A stretch of DNA of 64,000 bases, from NCBI RefSeq assembly GCF_964355755.1, contig NC_092680.1:12282945-12346944 (forward strand). Reading direction: 5' to 3'. The notes under the pieces were generated by a model that was not told the DNA's origin, ran no database searches, and worked only from the letters and a program-made list of their open reading frames with translations. This DNA comes from Antedon mediterranea. Lineage: Eukaryota > Animalia > Echinodermata. Made by a program: the position numbers and the translations under genes. Shown here in pieces: positions 14,583-28,346 of the stretch (the stretch's first letter is position 1; every line of letters begins with the position of its first letter).

Positions 14583-17500
14583 TCAGCGAGAGAGAGATAG
14601 ATCAGCGAGAGAGAGAAAGATCAGCAAGAGAGAGATAGATCAGCGAGAGAGAGATAGATCAGCGAGAGAGAGAGAGATCAGCGAGAGAGATAGATCAGCG
14701 AGAGAGAGATAGATCAGCGAGAGAGATATAGATAGATCAGCGAGAGAGAGATAGATCAGCGAGAGAGATATAGATCAGCGAGAGAGAGATAGATCAGCAA
14801 GAGAGAGATAAATCAGCGAGAGAGAGAGAGATAGATCAGCGAGAGGGAGAGATAGATCAGCGAGAGAGAGATAGATCAGCGAGAGAGAGAGAGATAGATC
14901 AGCGAGAGGGAGAGATAGATCAGCGAGAGAGAGATAGATCAGAGAGAGAGAGATAGATCAGCGAGAGAGAGATAGACCAGCGAGAGAGAGTTAGATCAGC
15001 GAGATAGAGAGATAGATCAGCGAGAGAGATAGATCAGCGAGAGAGAGATAGATCAGCGAGAGGGAGAGATAGATCAGCGAGAGAGATATAGATCAGCGAG
15101 AGAGAGATAGATCAGCGAGAGAGATATAAATCAGCGAGAGAGAGATAGATCAGCGAGAGAGAGATAGATCAGTGAGAGAGAGAAAGATCAGCGAGAGAGA
15201 GATAGATCAGTGAGAGAGAGATAGATCAGCGAGAGAGAGATAGATTAGCGAGAGAGAGATAGATCAGCGAGAGAGAGAGAGATAGATCAGAGAGAGAGAG
15301 ATAGATCAGCGAGAGAGAGATAGATCAGCGAGAGAGAGATAGATTAGCAAGAGAGAGATAGATCAGCGAGAGAGAGATAGATCAGCGAGAGAGAGATAGA
15401 TCAGCGAGAGAGAGATAGATCAGCGAGAGAGAAATAGATCAGCGAGAGAGAGATAGATAGATCAGCGAGAGAGAGATAGATAGATCAGCGAGAGAGAGAG
15501 AGAGATAGATCAGCAAGAGAGAGATAGATCAGCGAGAGAGAGAGATAGATCAGCGAGAGCGAGATAGATTAGCGAGAGAGATAGATCTGCGAGAGAGAGA
15601 TAGATCAGCGAGAGAGAGAGATAGATCAGCGAGAAGGAGATAGATCAGCGAGAGAGATAGATAGATCAGTGAGAGAGAGATAGATCAGCGAGAGAGAGAG
15701 AGATAGATCAGCGAGAGAGAGAGAGAGAGAGAGAGATAGATCAGCGAGAGAGAGAGAGATAGATCAGCGAGAGAGAGATAGATCAGCGAGAGAGAGATAG
15801 ATCAGCGAGAGGGAGAGATAGATAAGCGAGAGAGAGATAGATCAGCGAGAGAGAGATAGATCAGCGAGAGAGAGATAGATCAGCGAGAGAGATAGATCAG
15901 CGAGAGAGAGAGATAGATCAGCGAGAGAGAGAGAGATAGATCAGCGAGAGAGAGAAAGATCAGCGAGAGAGAGATAGGTCAGCGACAGAGAGATAGATCA
16001 GCGAGAGAGATAGATCAGCGAGAGAGATATAGATCAGCGAGAGAGAGAGATAGATCAGCGAGAGAGAGAGATAGATCAGCGAGAGAGAGAAAGATCAGCG
16101 AGAGAGAGATAGATCAGTGAGAGAGAGACAGATCAGTGAGAGAGAGATAGATTAGCGGGGGAGAGATAGATCAGCGAGAGAGAGAGAGAGATAGATCAGA
16201 GAGAGAGAGAGATAGATCAGCGAGAGAGAGATAGATCAGCGAGAGAGATAGATTAGCAAGAGAGAGATAGATCAGCGAGAGAGAGATAGATCAGCGAGAG
16301 AGAGAGAGATCAGCGAGAGAGAGATAGATCAGCGAGAGAGAGATAGATCAGCGAGAGAGAGATAGATCAGCGAGAGAGAGAGAGATAGATCAGCGAGAGA
16401 GATAGATTAGCGAGAGGGAGAGATAGATCAGCGAGAGAGAGATAGATCAGCGAGAGAGAGATAGATCAGCGAGAGAGATAGATCAGCGAGAGAGAGATAG
16501 ATCAGCGAGAGAGAGATAGATCAGCGAGAGAGAGAGATGGATCAGCGAGAGAGAGAGATAGATCAGCGAGATAGAGAAAGATCTGCGAGAGAGAGAGATA
16601 GATCAGCGAGAGAGAGATAGATCAGCGAGAGAGAGATAGATCAGTGAGAGAGAGATAGATCAGCGAGAGAGAGAGATAGATCAGCGAGAGAGAGATAGAT
16701 CAGCGAGATAGAGAAAGATCAGCGAGAGAGAGATAGATCAGTGACAGAGACATAGATCAGCGAGAGAGATATAGATCAGCGAGAGAGATATAGATCAGCG
16801 AGAGTGAGATAGATCAGCGAGAGATAGATAGATCAGGGAGAGAGAGAGAGAGAGATAGATCAGCAAGAGAGAGATAGATCAGCGAGAGAGAGAGAGATCA
16901 GCGAGAGAGAGAGATAGATCAGCGAGAGAGAGATAGATAGATCAGCGAAAGAGAGATAGATCAGCGAGAGAGAGAGAGATAGATCAGCGAGAAAGAGATA
17001 GATCAGCGAGAGAGATAGATAGATCAGCGAGAGAGAGATAGATCAGCGAGAGAGAGAGAGAGATAGATCAGCGAGAGAGAGAGATAGATCAGCGAGAGAG
17101 AGATAGATCAGCGAGAGAGAGATAGATCAGCGAGAGAGAGATAAATTAGCGAGAGAGAGATAGATCAGCGAGAAAGAGATAGATCAGCGAGAGAGAGAGA
17201 GAGAGATCAGCGAGAGAGAGAGATAGATCAGCGAGAGAGAGATAGATCAGCGAGAGAGATATAGAACAGCGAGAGAGAGAGATAGAGATAGATCAGCGAG
17301 AGAGAGATAGATCAGCGAGAGAGAGATAGATCAGCGAGAGAGAGATAGATCAGCGAGAGGGAAAGATAGATCAGCGAGAGAGAGATAGATCAGCGAGAGA
17401 TATAGATCAGCGAGAGAGAGATAGATCAGCGAGAGAGAGATAGATCAGCGAGAGAGAGAGATGGATCAGCGATAGAGAGAGATAGATCAGCGAGATAGAG

Positions 17501-17796
17501 AAAGATCTGCGAGAGAGAGATTGATCAGCGACAGAGAGATAGATCAGCGAAAGAGAGATAGATCAGCGAGAGAGAGATAGATCAGCGAGAGAGAGATAGA
17601 TCAGCGAGAGAGAGAAAGATCAGCGAGAGAGAGATAGATCAGCGAGAGAGAAATAGATCAGCGAGAGAGAGATAGATCAGCGAGAGAGAGAGAGATAGAT
17701 CAGCGAGAGAGAGATAGATCAGCGAGAGAGAGAGATAGATCAGCGAGAGAGAGATAGATTAGCGAGAGAGAGATAGATCAGCGAGAGAGAGATAGA

Positions 17797-17853
<57 letters not shown>

Positions 17854-18219
17854 AGCGAGAGAGAGATAGATCAGCCAGAAAGAGATAGATCAGCGAGAGA
17901 GAGAGAGATAGATCAGCGAGAGAGAGATAGATCAGCGAGAGAGAAATAGATCAGCGAGAGAGAGATAGATAGATCAGCGAGAGAGAGATAGATAGATCAG
18001 CGAGAGAGAGAGAGAGATAGATCAGCAAGAGAGAGATAGATCAGCGAGAGAGAGAGATAGATCAGCGAGAGCGAGATAGATTAGCGAGAGAGATAGATCT
18101 GCGAGAGAGAGATAGATCAGCGAGAGAGAGAGATAGATCAGCGAGAAGGAGATAGATCAGCGAGAGAGATAGATAGATCAGTGAGAGAGAGATAGATCAG
18201 CGAGAGAGAGAGAGATAGA

Positions 18220-18256
<37 letters not shown>

Positions 18257-20331
18257 TCAGCGAGAGAGAGAGAGATAGATCAGCGAGAGAGAGATAGATC
18301 AGCGAGAGAGAGATAGATCAGCGAGAGGGAGAGATAGATAAGCGAGAGAGAGATAGATCAGCGAGAGAGAGATAGATCAGCGAGAGAGAGATAGATCAGC
18401 GAGAGAGATAGATCAGCGAGAGAGAGAGATAGATCAGCGAGAGAGAGAGAGATAGATCAGCGAGAGAGAGAAAGATCAGCGAGAGAGAGATAGGTCAGCG
18501 ACAGAGAGATAGATCAGCGAGAGAGATAGATCAGCGAGAGAGATATAGATCAGCGAGAGAGAGAGATAGATCAGCGAGAGAGAGAGATAGATCAGCGAGA
18601 GAGAGAAAGATCAGCGAGAGAGAGATAGATCAGTGAGAGAGAGACAGATCAGTGAGAGAGAGATAGATTAGCGGGGGAGAGATAGATCAGCGAGAGAGAG
18701 AGAGAGATAGATCAGAGAGAGAGAGAGATAGATCAGCGAGAGAGAGATAGATCAGCGAGAGAGATAGATTAGCAAGAGAGAGATAGATCAGCGAGAGAGA
18801 GATAGATCAGCGAGAGAGAGAGAGATCAGCGAGAGAGAGATAGATCAGCGAGAGAGAGATAGATCAGCGAGAGAGAGATAGATCAGCGAGAGAGAGAGAG
18901 ATAGATCAGCGAGAGAGATAGATTAGCGAGAGGGAGAGATAGATCAGCGAGAGAGAGATAGATCAGCGAGAGAGAGATAGATCAGCGAGAGAGATAGATC
19001 AGCGAGAGAGAGATAGATCAGCGAGAGAGAGATAGATCAGCGAGAGAGAGAGATGGATCAGCGAGAGAGAGAGATAGATCAGCGAGATAGAGAAAGATCT
19101 GCGAGAGAGAGAGATAGATCAGCGAGAGAGAGATAGATCAGCGAGAGAGAGATAGATCAGCGAGAGAGAGATAGATCAGCGAGAGAGAGAGATAGATCAG
19201 CGAGAGAGAGATAGATCAGCGAGATAGAGAAAGATCAGCGAGAGAGAGATAGATCAGTGACAGAGACATAGATCAGCGAGAGAGATATAGATCAGCGAGA
19301 GAGATATAGATCAGCGAGAGTGAGATAGATCAGCGAGAGATAGATAGATCAGGGAGAGAGAGAGAGAGAGATAGATCAGCAAGAGAGAGATAGATCAGCG
19401 AGAGAGAGAGAGATCAGCGAGAGAGAGAGATAGATCAGCGAGAGAGAGATAGATAGATCAGCGAAAGAGAGATAGATCAGCGAGAGAGAGAGAGATAGAT
19501 CAGCGAGAAAGAGATAGATCAGCGAGAGAGATAGATAGATCAGCTAGAGAGAGATAGATCAGCGAGAGAGAGAGAGAGATAGATCAGCGAGAGAGAGAGA
19601 TAGATCAGCGAGAGAGAGATAGATCAGCGAGAGAGAGATAGATCAGCGAGAGAGAGATAAATTAGCGAGAGAGAGATAGATCAGCGAGAAAGAGATAGAT
19701 CAGCGAGAGAGAGAGAGAGAGATCAGCGAGAGAGAGAGATAGATCAGCGAGAGAGAGATAGATCAGCGAGAGAGATATAGAACAGCGAGAGAGAGAGATA
19801 GAGATAGATCAGCGAGAGAGAGATAGATCAGCGAGAGAGAGATAGATCAGCGAGAGAGAGATAGATCAGCGAGAGGGAAAGATAGATCAGCGAGAGAGAG
19901 ATAGATCAGCGAGAGATATAGATCAGCGAGAGAGAGATAGATCAGCGAGAGAGAGATAGATCAGCGAGAGAGAGAGATGGATCAGCGATAGAGAGAGATA
20001 GATCAGCGAGATAGAGAAAGATCTGCGAGAGAGAGATTGATCAGCGACAGAGAGATAGATCAGCGAAAGAGAGATAGATCAGCGAGAGAGATATAGATCA
20101 GCGAGAGAGAGATAGATCAGCGAGAGAGAGATAGATCAGCGAGAGAGAGAAAGATCAGCGAGAGAGAGATAGATCAGCGAGAGAGAAATAGATCAGCGAG
20201 AGAGAGATAGATCAGCGAGAGAGAGAGAGATAGATCAGCGAGAGAGAGATAGATCAGCGAGAGAGAGAGATAGATCAGCGAGAGAGAGATAGATTAGCGA
20301 GAGAGAGATAGATCAGCGAGAGAGAGATAGA

Positions 20332-20372
<41 letters not shown>

Positions 20373-20552
20373 AGCGAGAGAGAGATAGATCAGCCAGAAA
20401 GAGATAGATCAGCGAGAGAGAGAGAGATAGATCAGCGAGAGAGAGATAGATCAGCGAGAAAGAAAAAGATCAGCGAGAGAGAGAGATAGATCAGCGACAG
20501 AGAGATAGATCAGCGAGAGAGAGATAGATCAGCGAGAGAGATATAGATCAGC
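1..20552 (+). repeat. GA-rich satellite array, ~18-bp monomer GAGAGAGATAGATCAGCG with variable (GA)n length; continues beyond window start
   Basis: Uninterrupted tandem repetition of GATAGATCAGC(GA)n; diagnostic variant monomers recur at kb-scale periods. Confidence 0.99.
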
Positions 20553-20706
20553 GATCTATCTCTCTCTCGCCGATCTCTCTCTCTCTCTCTCTCTCCCCCG
20601 CTGATCTATCTCTCTCGCTGATCTCTCTCTCTCTCTCTCTCGCTGATCTATCTCTCTCTCGCTGATCTATCTCTCTCGCTGATCTATCTCTCTCTCGCTG
20701 ATCTAT
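20553..20706 (-). repeat. Short inverted block (~8 monomers) of the same satellite
   Basis: Sequence switches to CGCTGATCTATCTCTCTCT at TAGATC-AGC-GATCTA (~20544-20558) and runs until the (AAT)n LINE tail. Confidence 0.97.
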
Positions 20707-21975
20707 AATAATAATAATAATAACAGGGTTTTTATAGCGCACATACCACTCAAGAGTGCTCAAGGCGCATTCAAAAAAAAAATTAAAACAAATCATACAA
20801 ATGCCTGACAAATAAAATGCAATTTCTTTGGAGGGTCCCCATCCGTTCTTGTTCTGTCGCGGTCTCGGACCCCTACCTAGATGACCAAACAAAGGAACAG
20901 GATACACATTTGCCTTGCCACAGACGACCGGGTGCTCAGAGACAACAACCAAGATAAGATAATGCTGGTCAGGAAAAAGTATACTATAAAATTCTAGAAC
21001 TTTAAGAAACCTCATGATTTCCATATGCCTTAATGAATAAATGTGTTTTTAATAATTTTTTAAAAGTATCAAAAGATTTTGCAAAATCTGATAGAGCTTG
21101 GTATTGCATTCCATAGACGAGGAGCAATAACGGTGAAAGCTCTGTCTCCCCATGAGTGGTGAGACTTAGGTTGATGTAGAAGCAGCGTATCACTAGAACG
21201 CAGATCCCGTCTGGGAACATACAGCCTAAGCATGTCAGAAATATATTCAGGAGCCATGCCATTAATAGACTTAAAAACATAGAGTAATAATTTAAAAACA
21301 ATGCGGTACCTAACAGGAAGCCAATGCAAATTTTCCAAGGTATTAGATATGTGTGCATATCTTGGTAGTTTTTAACAACTCGTGCCGCTGTATTTTGAAT
21401 CAGCTGAAGCCTGTGGAGTTGTTTTTGTGGGAGACCAAATAACAAGGAGTTACACATATCGAGACGCGAACTAACAAATGCATGTACAAGTTGCTCAGCA
21501 GCTGCACGATTTAAGTATTTTCTGATGCCTTGAATATTTCTTAAATGATATGACGATGCAGACGTAATTTTAGAAATTATGAGCCGTCATTGTCATATTA
21601 GAATCCAGAATTACACCAAGATTTGTAACTTGTGTAGTATTTTTAGTACAAAAGTTACCAATGGAAACCCTCTTAGATGGAATTTTCTCTAATTGTTGTT
21701 GCGAACCAAATAGAATGCACTCAGTCTTATCATCATTAAGTTTCAAAAAGTTTTTGGCCATCCAGACACGAATTTCCGAGATACATTTTTCAAGCAAATC
21801 AATTGATAATTCACCCTTTGTCATGGTAGGTTTAAACGATATATATATCTGAGTGTCATCAGCGTAAACATGATAACTAAGATTATATTTCTTAATGATA
21901 TCACGAATAGGATATACATAAATTGTAAACAATTGTGGACCTAACGGAACAGAGTAATTTAAAGTGGTAGGTTGA
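20707..21975 (-). mobile_element. L2/CR1-group non-LTR retrotransposon, 3' part (RT C-half, ORF2 end, 3'UTR, (ATT)n tail); frameshifted
   Basis: Translations LGPQLFTIY, YHVYADDTQIY, FLKLNDDKTE, LQLIQNTAAR, LHWLPVRYRIVFK, FKKLLKTHLF are typical L2/CR1 ORF2 motifs. The 3' end GCGCCTTGAG...GCGCTATAAA is followed by (TTA)n at 20707-20723. Confidence 0.95.
21972..21975 (+). repeat. Left target-site duplication TTGA
   Basis: Identical TTGA at 48287-48290; removing the insertion and one copy restores the LINE RT reading frame. Confidence 0.9.
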
Positions 21976-22550
21976 AACACGATTTTGTGCCATAACGGAT
22001 TTCTACAATCCGCATTATTTATAGAATTTTCCTAAAAAAAAGCTATCATTAGAATTAAAAATATTATTTGAAAAAACAGATGTGGTTGTAAGATTTGTTT
22101 AATTATTGAGAAACATACAGTTTGATAATGTCAGCCATAATGTACATTATGGTAAATATTTTAGAGATAGAAAAAGATCAATAAAATAGATCGACAATAT
22201 GCAAATCCTTGTTTATTCTATAAATTTATAATTCGCTATCATTTTTATAATTATAGAAAAAAACATACTAGCTTTTTTAGGTTAAAATATACTGTCCGTT
22301 TTCCAAAACAACAATAGACATTACACAATGAGTTTTGTTCGGATTATGAGCTTCTTATTTAAACTAGGTTTAATGTGCAGAAACTGCTTTATTTAATAAA
22401 AAAATAAATGGTATGGGCCAAAAAAATCTTTATAATGTCCATTTTTTTCGCGAAGTACACACAAAGCAAAGAAAACAAATTTTAATAACTGCAGAATATT
22501 TTTAATTTTTAATCATTCATTGTTTTAATACAACTTTACTATAAAGTTCA

Positions 22551-23160
22551 TCTACATGGTCATAAACATTATGACTACAGTATGGTTGAGCTATTGTTAT
22601 AAAAACTACATGGTCATAAACTTGACTACAGTATATGGTTGAGCTACTGTTATAAAAACTACACGGTCATAAACTTTATGACTACAGTATATGGTTGAGC
22701 TATTGTTATATAAACTACATGGTCATAAACATTATGACTACAGTATATGGTTGAGCTATTGTTATATAAACTACATGGTCATAAACTTTATGACTACAGT
22801 ATATGGTTGAGCTATTGTTATATAAACTACATGGTCATAAACTTTATGACTACAGTATATGATTGAGCTATTGTTATACAAACTACATGGTCATAAACAT
22901 TATGACTACAGTATATGGTTGAGCTATTGTTATATAAACTACATGGTCATAAACTTTATGACTACATTATATGGTTGAGCTATTGTTATATAAACTACAT
23001 GGTCATAAACTTTATGACTACAGTATATTGTTGAGCTACTGTTATACATACAAACTAGATGGTCATAAACTTTATGACTACAGTATATGGTTGAGCTATT
23101 GTTATATAAACTACATGGTCATAAACTTGACTACAGTATATGGTTGAGCTACTGTTATAT
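22551..23160. repeat. Left subterminal tandem array: 11 x ~56 bp, each with palindrome GTCATAA-N3-TTATGAC
   Basis: GTCATAA starts at 22559, 22613, 22666, 22722, 22778, 22834, 22890, 22946, 23002, 23062, 23118; two copies carry a 3-bp deletion. Confidence 0.97.
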
Positions 23161-23273
23161 ACAATTATGAAATTGGTTGAAAATTAAATAATTTTTTTAG
23201 ATTCATTATACATGTAAAATTCCATTAATGTGCACCCTATTGTGACAACCAGTGAGTTGTAAAACTCCCTGCA

Positions 23274-23603
23274 TTAACTTTCATTTAAAAAGTCATCTCT
23301 TAATTCTTTTAATTTAACAATAACATTGGTAGGCAATCTACTAGTTGGTGTTAAATTAAATATACTTATCACCTCCTCCTTCGATATTATTTCTCGCCAT
23401 TCTTGTCCATCTTTTTCACACAGAACAAACCGGGAAGTATACGTTCCAGTGTACCACACTACTTCTACCTCATTGTTATTTATGCTGAATATTTTGCCTA
23501 TCTGAGGCCATTCTGTGGGATATCTCCTTAAAGCTGTTGCTACCATAGCACCAACATCGAGTTGCTGTGGTGGCTTACGCTTCGAAAATTTACCAATGTG
23601 TAC
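23274..23603 (-). CDS. Transposase last exon; beta-rich SH3/Tudor-like C-terminal domain (inferred)
   Basis: VHIGKF...LDVGAMVATA..WPQIGKI..VEVVWYTGTY..WREII; AG acceptor at 23605-23604, stop TAA at 23276-23274. Confidence 0.75.
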   Translation of the reverse strand, partial: VHIGKFSKRKPPQQLDVGAMVATALRRYPTEWPQIGKIFSINNNEVEVVWYTGTYTSRFVLCEKDGQEWREIISKEEVISIFNLTPTSRLPTNVIVKLKELRDDFLNES

Positions 23604-26600
23604 CTAGTAGTGTGGGAGAAAGCATAGAAAAGTCATAATCATTTTTCTTACAACCCTAAAAATATAGAATTTTCGTTGATGCATTTGCTTGATGCGATTA
23701 TGAGATCATATCCCAAATATAAGCACTGCTTTAAACTATGTTGCATTACATGTTTCAAAGATGTAATTTTGAAAATCTATAATATCTTTATCATACCGGT
23801 CTTATTTCATTTTCATTATCCGAGTCACTAATGTCTGTCTCGTTTCCATCAGATTCCTCCCTCATAGGGCTTGCATTGTTGTCATTAAAAATGATGTCAT
23901 GGAGCAAAAATCGCTGTTCATTTCCTAAAAAAAAAGAGTACGTATTAGTTTTAAAAAGTAAATAATATACATTCATACAAAATATCATGATATATTTATG
24001 CTGAGGTGTTTGTTGCATAAAAGCTGGGCCAATACATTGCGCACCATGCTAATCAGATGCTGATTGATTGATTTTATCTTATGAATTAATCAGGAGGCAT
24101 GTTTCTCCAGTGTACTCCACTAGATATCGTTCATGTTATTTGATAATTTTAGGTTCTCACATAAAATGATCAGTGGAAGCATGCATTGGTGAATGTGACC
24201 CAACATAGTTGTGTGGAGTAAATAGTTGAATTTTGGTATAGCTGCTGAATCTATACTAAAATCAAAATTCTCTTGTTAACCAAAAAATATATGTGTAAAA
24301 TGGTGAAACATCACACATGCAATGTAGTACAGTACATACCTTCTGTGATCTCTTCTATATTATTTAAAAATTCCTCCCACCAGTCACGTTCTTCTATTCG
24401 CAAAAAATTTGCAACAGACGCCAGACTTTTTTTTAACTTTGGTATATCTGCATTACTAAAATCAGGAGTACACAACACTGGTATATCAGCAGGGCTTTCC
24501 TTGAGCAAATATGGAAGTGTGTCCATTTCTCTTGCACATTCATACCAAGTACAATCCGTTGACCAGTTCTTGTAGGACATGATGCATTTTCCGGTTTGAG
24601 CCAAAACAAACTTAAACTGGTGTGGTTTGCTGTGGTAACGTATGTCTTGCATGTATGGTACTAACCAGTTCTTAATGTCATGCAGATAGGAAATGATACT
24701 TGATGTAATCGGCAACTTTTTGTACGAGTTTTCAACAGCACTTCGAAGATGATCAAGTGTAGATGCTCTATATTTGTTCAGGTATTTGGCCACACATGAA
24801 AATAATTGGTCAATATCCTCGTGAGTGTGACCCACCATTAAAAACCCAATCTTTATCTGAAAGAGTAAAAGAAGTAATGATTTAAAATTAAAACTTTTCA
24901 AAGCAAAATAAAAAAAATACATTTTTAGTATATTTCCATTTTTTCCTCATCTAGTTAGACTAGAATGTTATTGAATATTTTATGTCTTAATAGATAATTA
25001 CCAATAGTAAATTAATTAATGTCCTATTAGGCTGGTGGAAATCACCCAACACAGGGGATATTTTGTGGTGAACGAGAACAGGGTAAATGAATGATGAACT
25101 GGGTTCTTTAAAGTGCACTGTGTATACTGTTTTATTATTTATATATCATTTATAAATGTATAGTCATTTACCTTTCGAAAAATCTTTAACTCTACAAGAA
25201 GAGCACATAGGGCAAAAACAAATCTGTTTTTATTATCCTTTCCGCTATTGTCCAACTGCAGATATAAGACTGGTGGTAGAGGTTGTATCTCTGACAGCAC
25301 CGTCAGTATAATGTTGCAGGTTAGGTTTGAGTCATGTGGAAACTGCTTTAGGTCAATGAAGCAGTGCCCATGTCGCCCATGTACCAGAACACCAGTTACA
25401 TGTGTGGCTAGTTTCCACATCTTCGACGTTTCTTTTGATTCGCAAGCAAAAGATGGTAAATCAGTCTTGCTTTGGTCCATTCCATCGATAATTATTGACA
25501 AATACTTGTTGGGATTCTGTCTTGCTTTCTGCATATGTTTATAGTACTTTCGACGTTCAATACTGAAAAATTAAAATCATATGTTTATAGTTTTATTTTG
25601 CATTTAATAATAAATTTTTGTTTTGTTTAGTTATATGTTATCTATTAGCCGATGACAAGATGAGACAATGCTTTACTTCTAATCTATTAAAATTATTGAT
25701 TAAATGTAGAGGTTTTTTGTATAATAATGATTTTGTTTATCTTTTCTCTTTTTTTGTTTACAACCACTTTTATTCATTCATTGTTCATACACAATAATTA
25801 TTTTCATTTTCTACCATTTTTCCCCGTTATTTTCTGTTTTATTTCAATCACTGTTAATTTTATTAAGTTAGAATTATTTTTAAAAACACTAATAATACTA
25901 TAGAGGAGGTATACAGTGGAAGCAATAATTATTTTTCCTATCTATGGTAATACCGGGTATACAAGTTCAACAGAATTTCTTGTTGAAAGGTTTAAACTAC
26001 TGGATTTGTACACAAAATAGGTAGGCATACTTACTTTTGTTTTCGTAAATGCTTCTCTCTCTTCATCATTAGTATTTGCCGTTTTTGCTTTTGATTTGTC
26101 TTGTGCAGCTCAAATTTAATTCTGGTGCATTTGCTGCATTTTGCAAAACGATTTTCCTATTAAAAAAAATTGAAAAAATACAGCACGTAAAAATATAAAA
26201 TTAAACAAATTTTGCATTCAATATAGTGAATGTAGGGAAGGAGTTGTGAGGCCCATCATACATGCATCTGGATTGTACAGTATGTTTTTCCAGTATTTTA
26301 TTATGAATGAAAATTGAACCTACAGGACTTTCTGCATAACATTGAAAATACGTTAAAAAATACTTCAGTCAATGAAGATGACATGGATTTTGTCCATTGG
26401 TACAAACCATAATAAGTGTAAAAACGTAAACATACCTCAGGTATTACAATATGCTTGAATTCAACACACCAAAACTTGTAGAATGTCGCTAATGCACACA
26501 CATCTTCATTTCTTAGCTCAAACTCATCTTTCATATGCATGTACACATCATGTTTGGTAAGCGTTGATGGTAGATGGATTTGTCCATTAGTTGGCATTTG

Positions 26601-28311
26601 ATCACCGTATTCATTACAAAATTTAATAAACCAAGCCCGACACTGTTGAGTTGAATTGCTATATACCATCTTTCTGGTGAAGTTGGGTGGTAAAAGATAA
26701 CAGCATCCTTCTAAAAAGAAATAAAATGTAAATTTCAAATATTAGGAATTTCAAATACTGTACTATTTTATTATTGTTTGGTTTAATCCATTGATTAATG
26801 ACTTATGATCATTTTGCATTATCTTTCTAACATAGTGTTAAGCATATTAATTTTATTGTGTAAAAATAATTAAACAATAATCAAATGCATTCTATTCATT
26901 TAAAAAAAAGTTATTCTCCACTCCTCATCAGATCCTGCCTATGTCCCTGTATAATACGACTATAAGTATAATGGAAAGTAATCTTCACACAGTGACAGTA
27001 ATCTTTCCGTTTCAGCAACATTAAAACACATACATTAAAAGTAATATTAACAGCATGTAAAATTAAATAATGTAAAATGTACTGTAAAACTAAACAATTA
27101 ATTACCAATAGCTTGCTTCCTTATTTTGTAAAAAGTTGACCGGCCAATACCATTTACTAACATCCATGCTTTTGCACAAACTTTGTTAGCACCAACTAGT
27201 AGACAGATTTTGGTGGCACCTCCGGATGTGCTGAGATGTTCATTGAAATATTTTAAGAATCCAACAGCGTTGTTCATATTCGGTCATTGCTTGAAAAGCT
27301 TCCCTTGTTTGTTTTATTTCTCTAAAATTTAGCATACCAATGCACATTAATGCACAACAGCAGGTCAAATACAAGTTGTGTATTGGCTGTAGGTGATTCC
27401 TTTTCCTTTTTTCTACAGAAAGAATAAACTTACATTATCCATTGGCAAAAAAAACAAACAAACAAAATAACAATTATATGGTACCAATTGCGGAAAATGT
27501 GATCAGTCAATACGGTTTCAGAAGTTTTGGAGGTTACGTAAAACTAGGTGACTAATTCGCATTAATATATAGATACTTTTAATTCTTTGACAAACAATTT
27601 TTTTTTCGGTTCAGATAATTCAATTTCAATTTTCGAGTGTTCAATTACAGGTTGTGCAGGTGCCTTGTTCATTAGACAGTCGTACCTATTTACATACCAT
27701 ACAGACATAACATTAGAACCTGACCATAGAATCAGACACAAATGGAAACAACCAGCAATGTCCATATCTTTTAGGTACAGCACAACCATCAACATCAAGC
27801 ACTATTTAATAAAGTAGTTTTAAAAATTAATGACATATCAAACTTACCACTACGCTTACTTGTGTGATTAGAGATTTTAATCTCATCATCACTTGATCCA
27901 GATGAATTAAGGTAATTAGTTTCTACAGTCTCTAGGCCTCCTGTATTTCTCTTGCAGGCTAAATAAAAATATAGTAGTTTAATATTTATAGCAGCCTATG
28001 CAACATACATGTACAGTAATTCTTCATTTGGGGTAACTGGTGATTGATAGCAGACATTTTCAAATTTTGGATAGTGGAAGATAATATTTTGATCCAGGAG
28101 CTATAGGCTTTATGGGAGGTTATTACCATTTATCCTTTTTTTTTCACCATTATTCTCATCGTTATTAATAATGAGGTTTTTGTTGTATTTTGTTATTTCT
28201 GAAGAATGCACCTTTGTAATTATTAAGTATGCTAATGATTTAAAGGTGTAGTAGGGAAGTAAATCTAAATAAATAAACTAGCCTCTATAGAGGATACTAA
28301 TATCTACTGGC

Positions 28312-28346
<35 letters not shown>

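Noticed and set aside
1-20552. Telomeric repeat or coding Arg/Glu repeat
   Set aside because: Not a TTAGG(G)-type unit; variable (GA)n lengths shift frames constantly and TAG stops are frequent.
20548-21024. 158-aa ORF ending in RERDRSARE repeats
   Set aside because: Chance read-through of the LINE 3'UTR, (ATT)n tail and inverted satellite.
22551-23160. Palindromic repeat array as a CRISPR array
   Set aside because: The sequence between palindromes is near-identical in every unit (no unique spacers), there are no cas genes, and the context is eukaryotic with spliceosomal introns.
24273-25544. Plus-strand ORFs of 100 aa and 98 aa
   Set aside because: Antisense shadows of transposase exons 8 and 9.
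27562-27817. Extra transposase exon or ORFs in intron 4
   Set aside because: The candidate donor is phase 0 whereas the neighbouring exons join in phase 1 without it; no family motifs.
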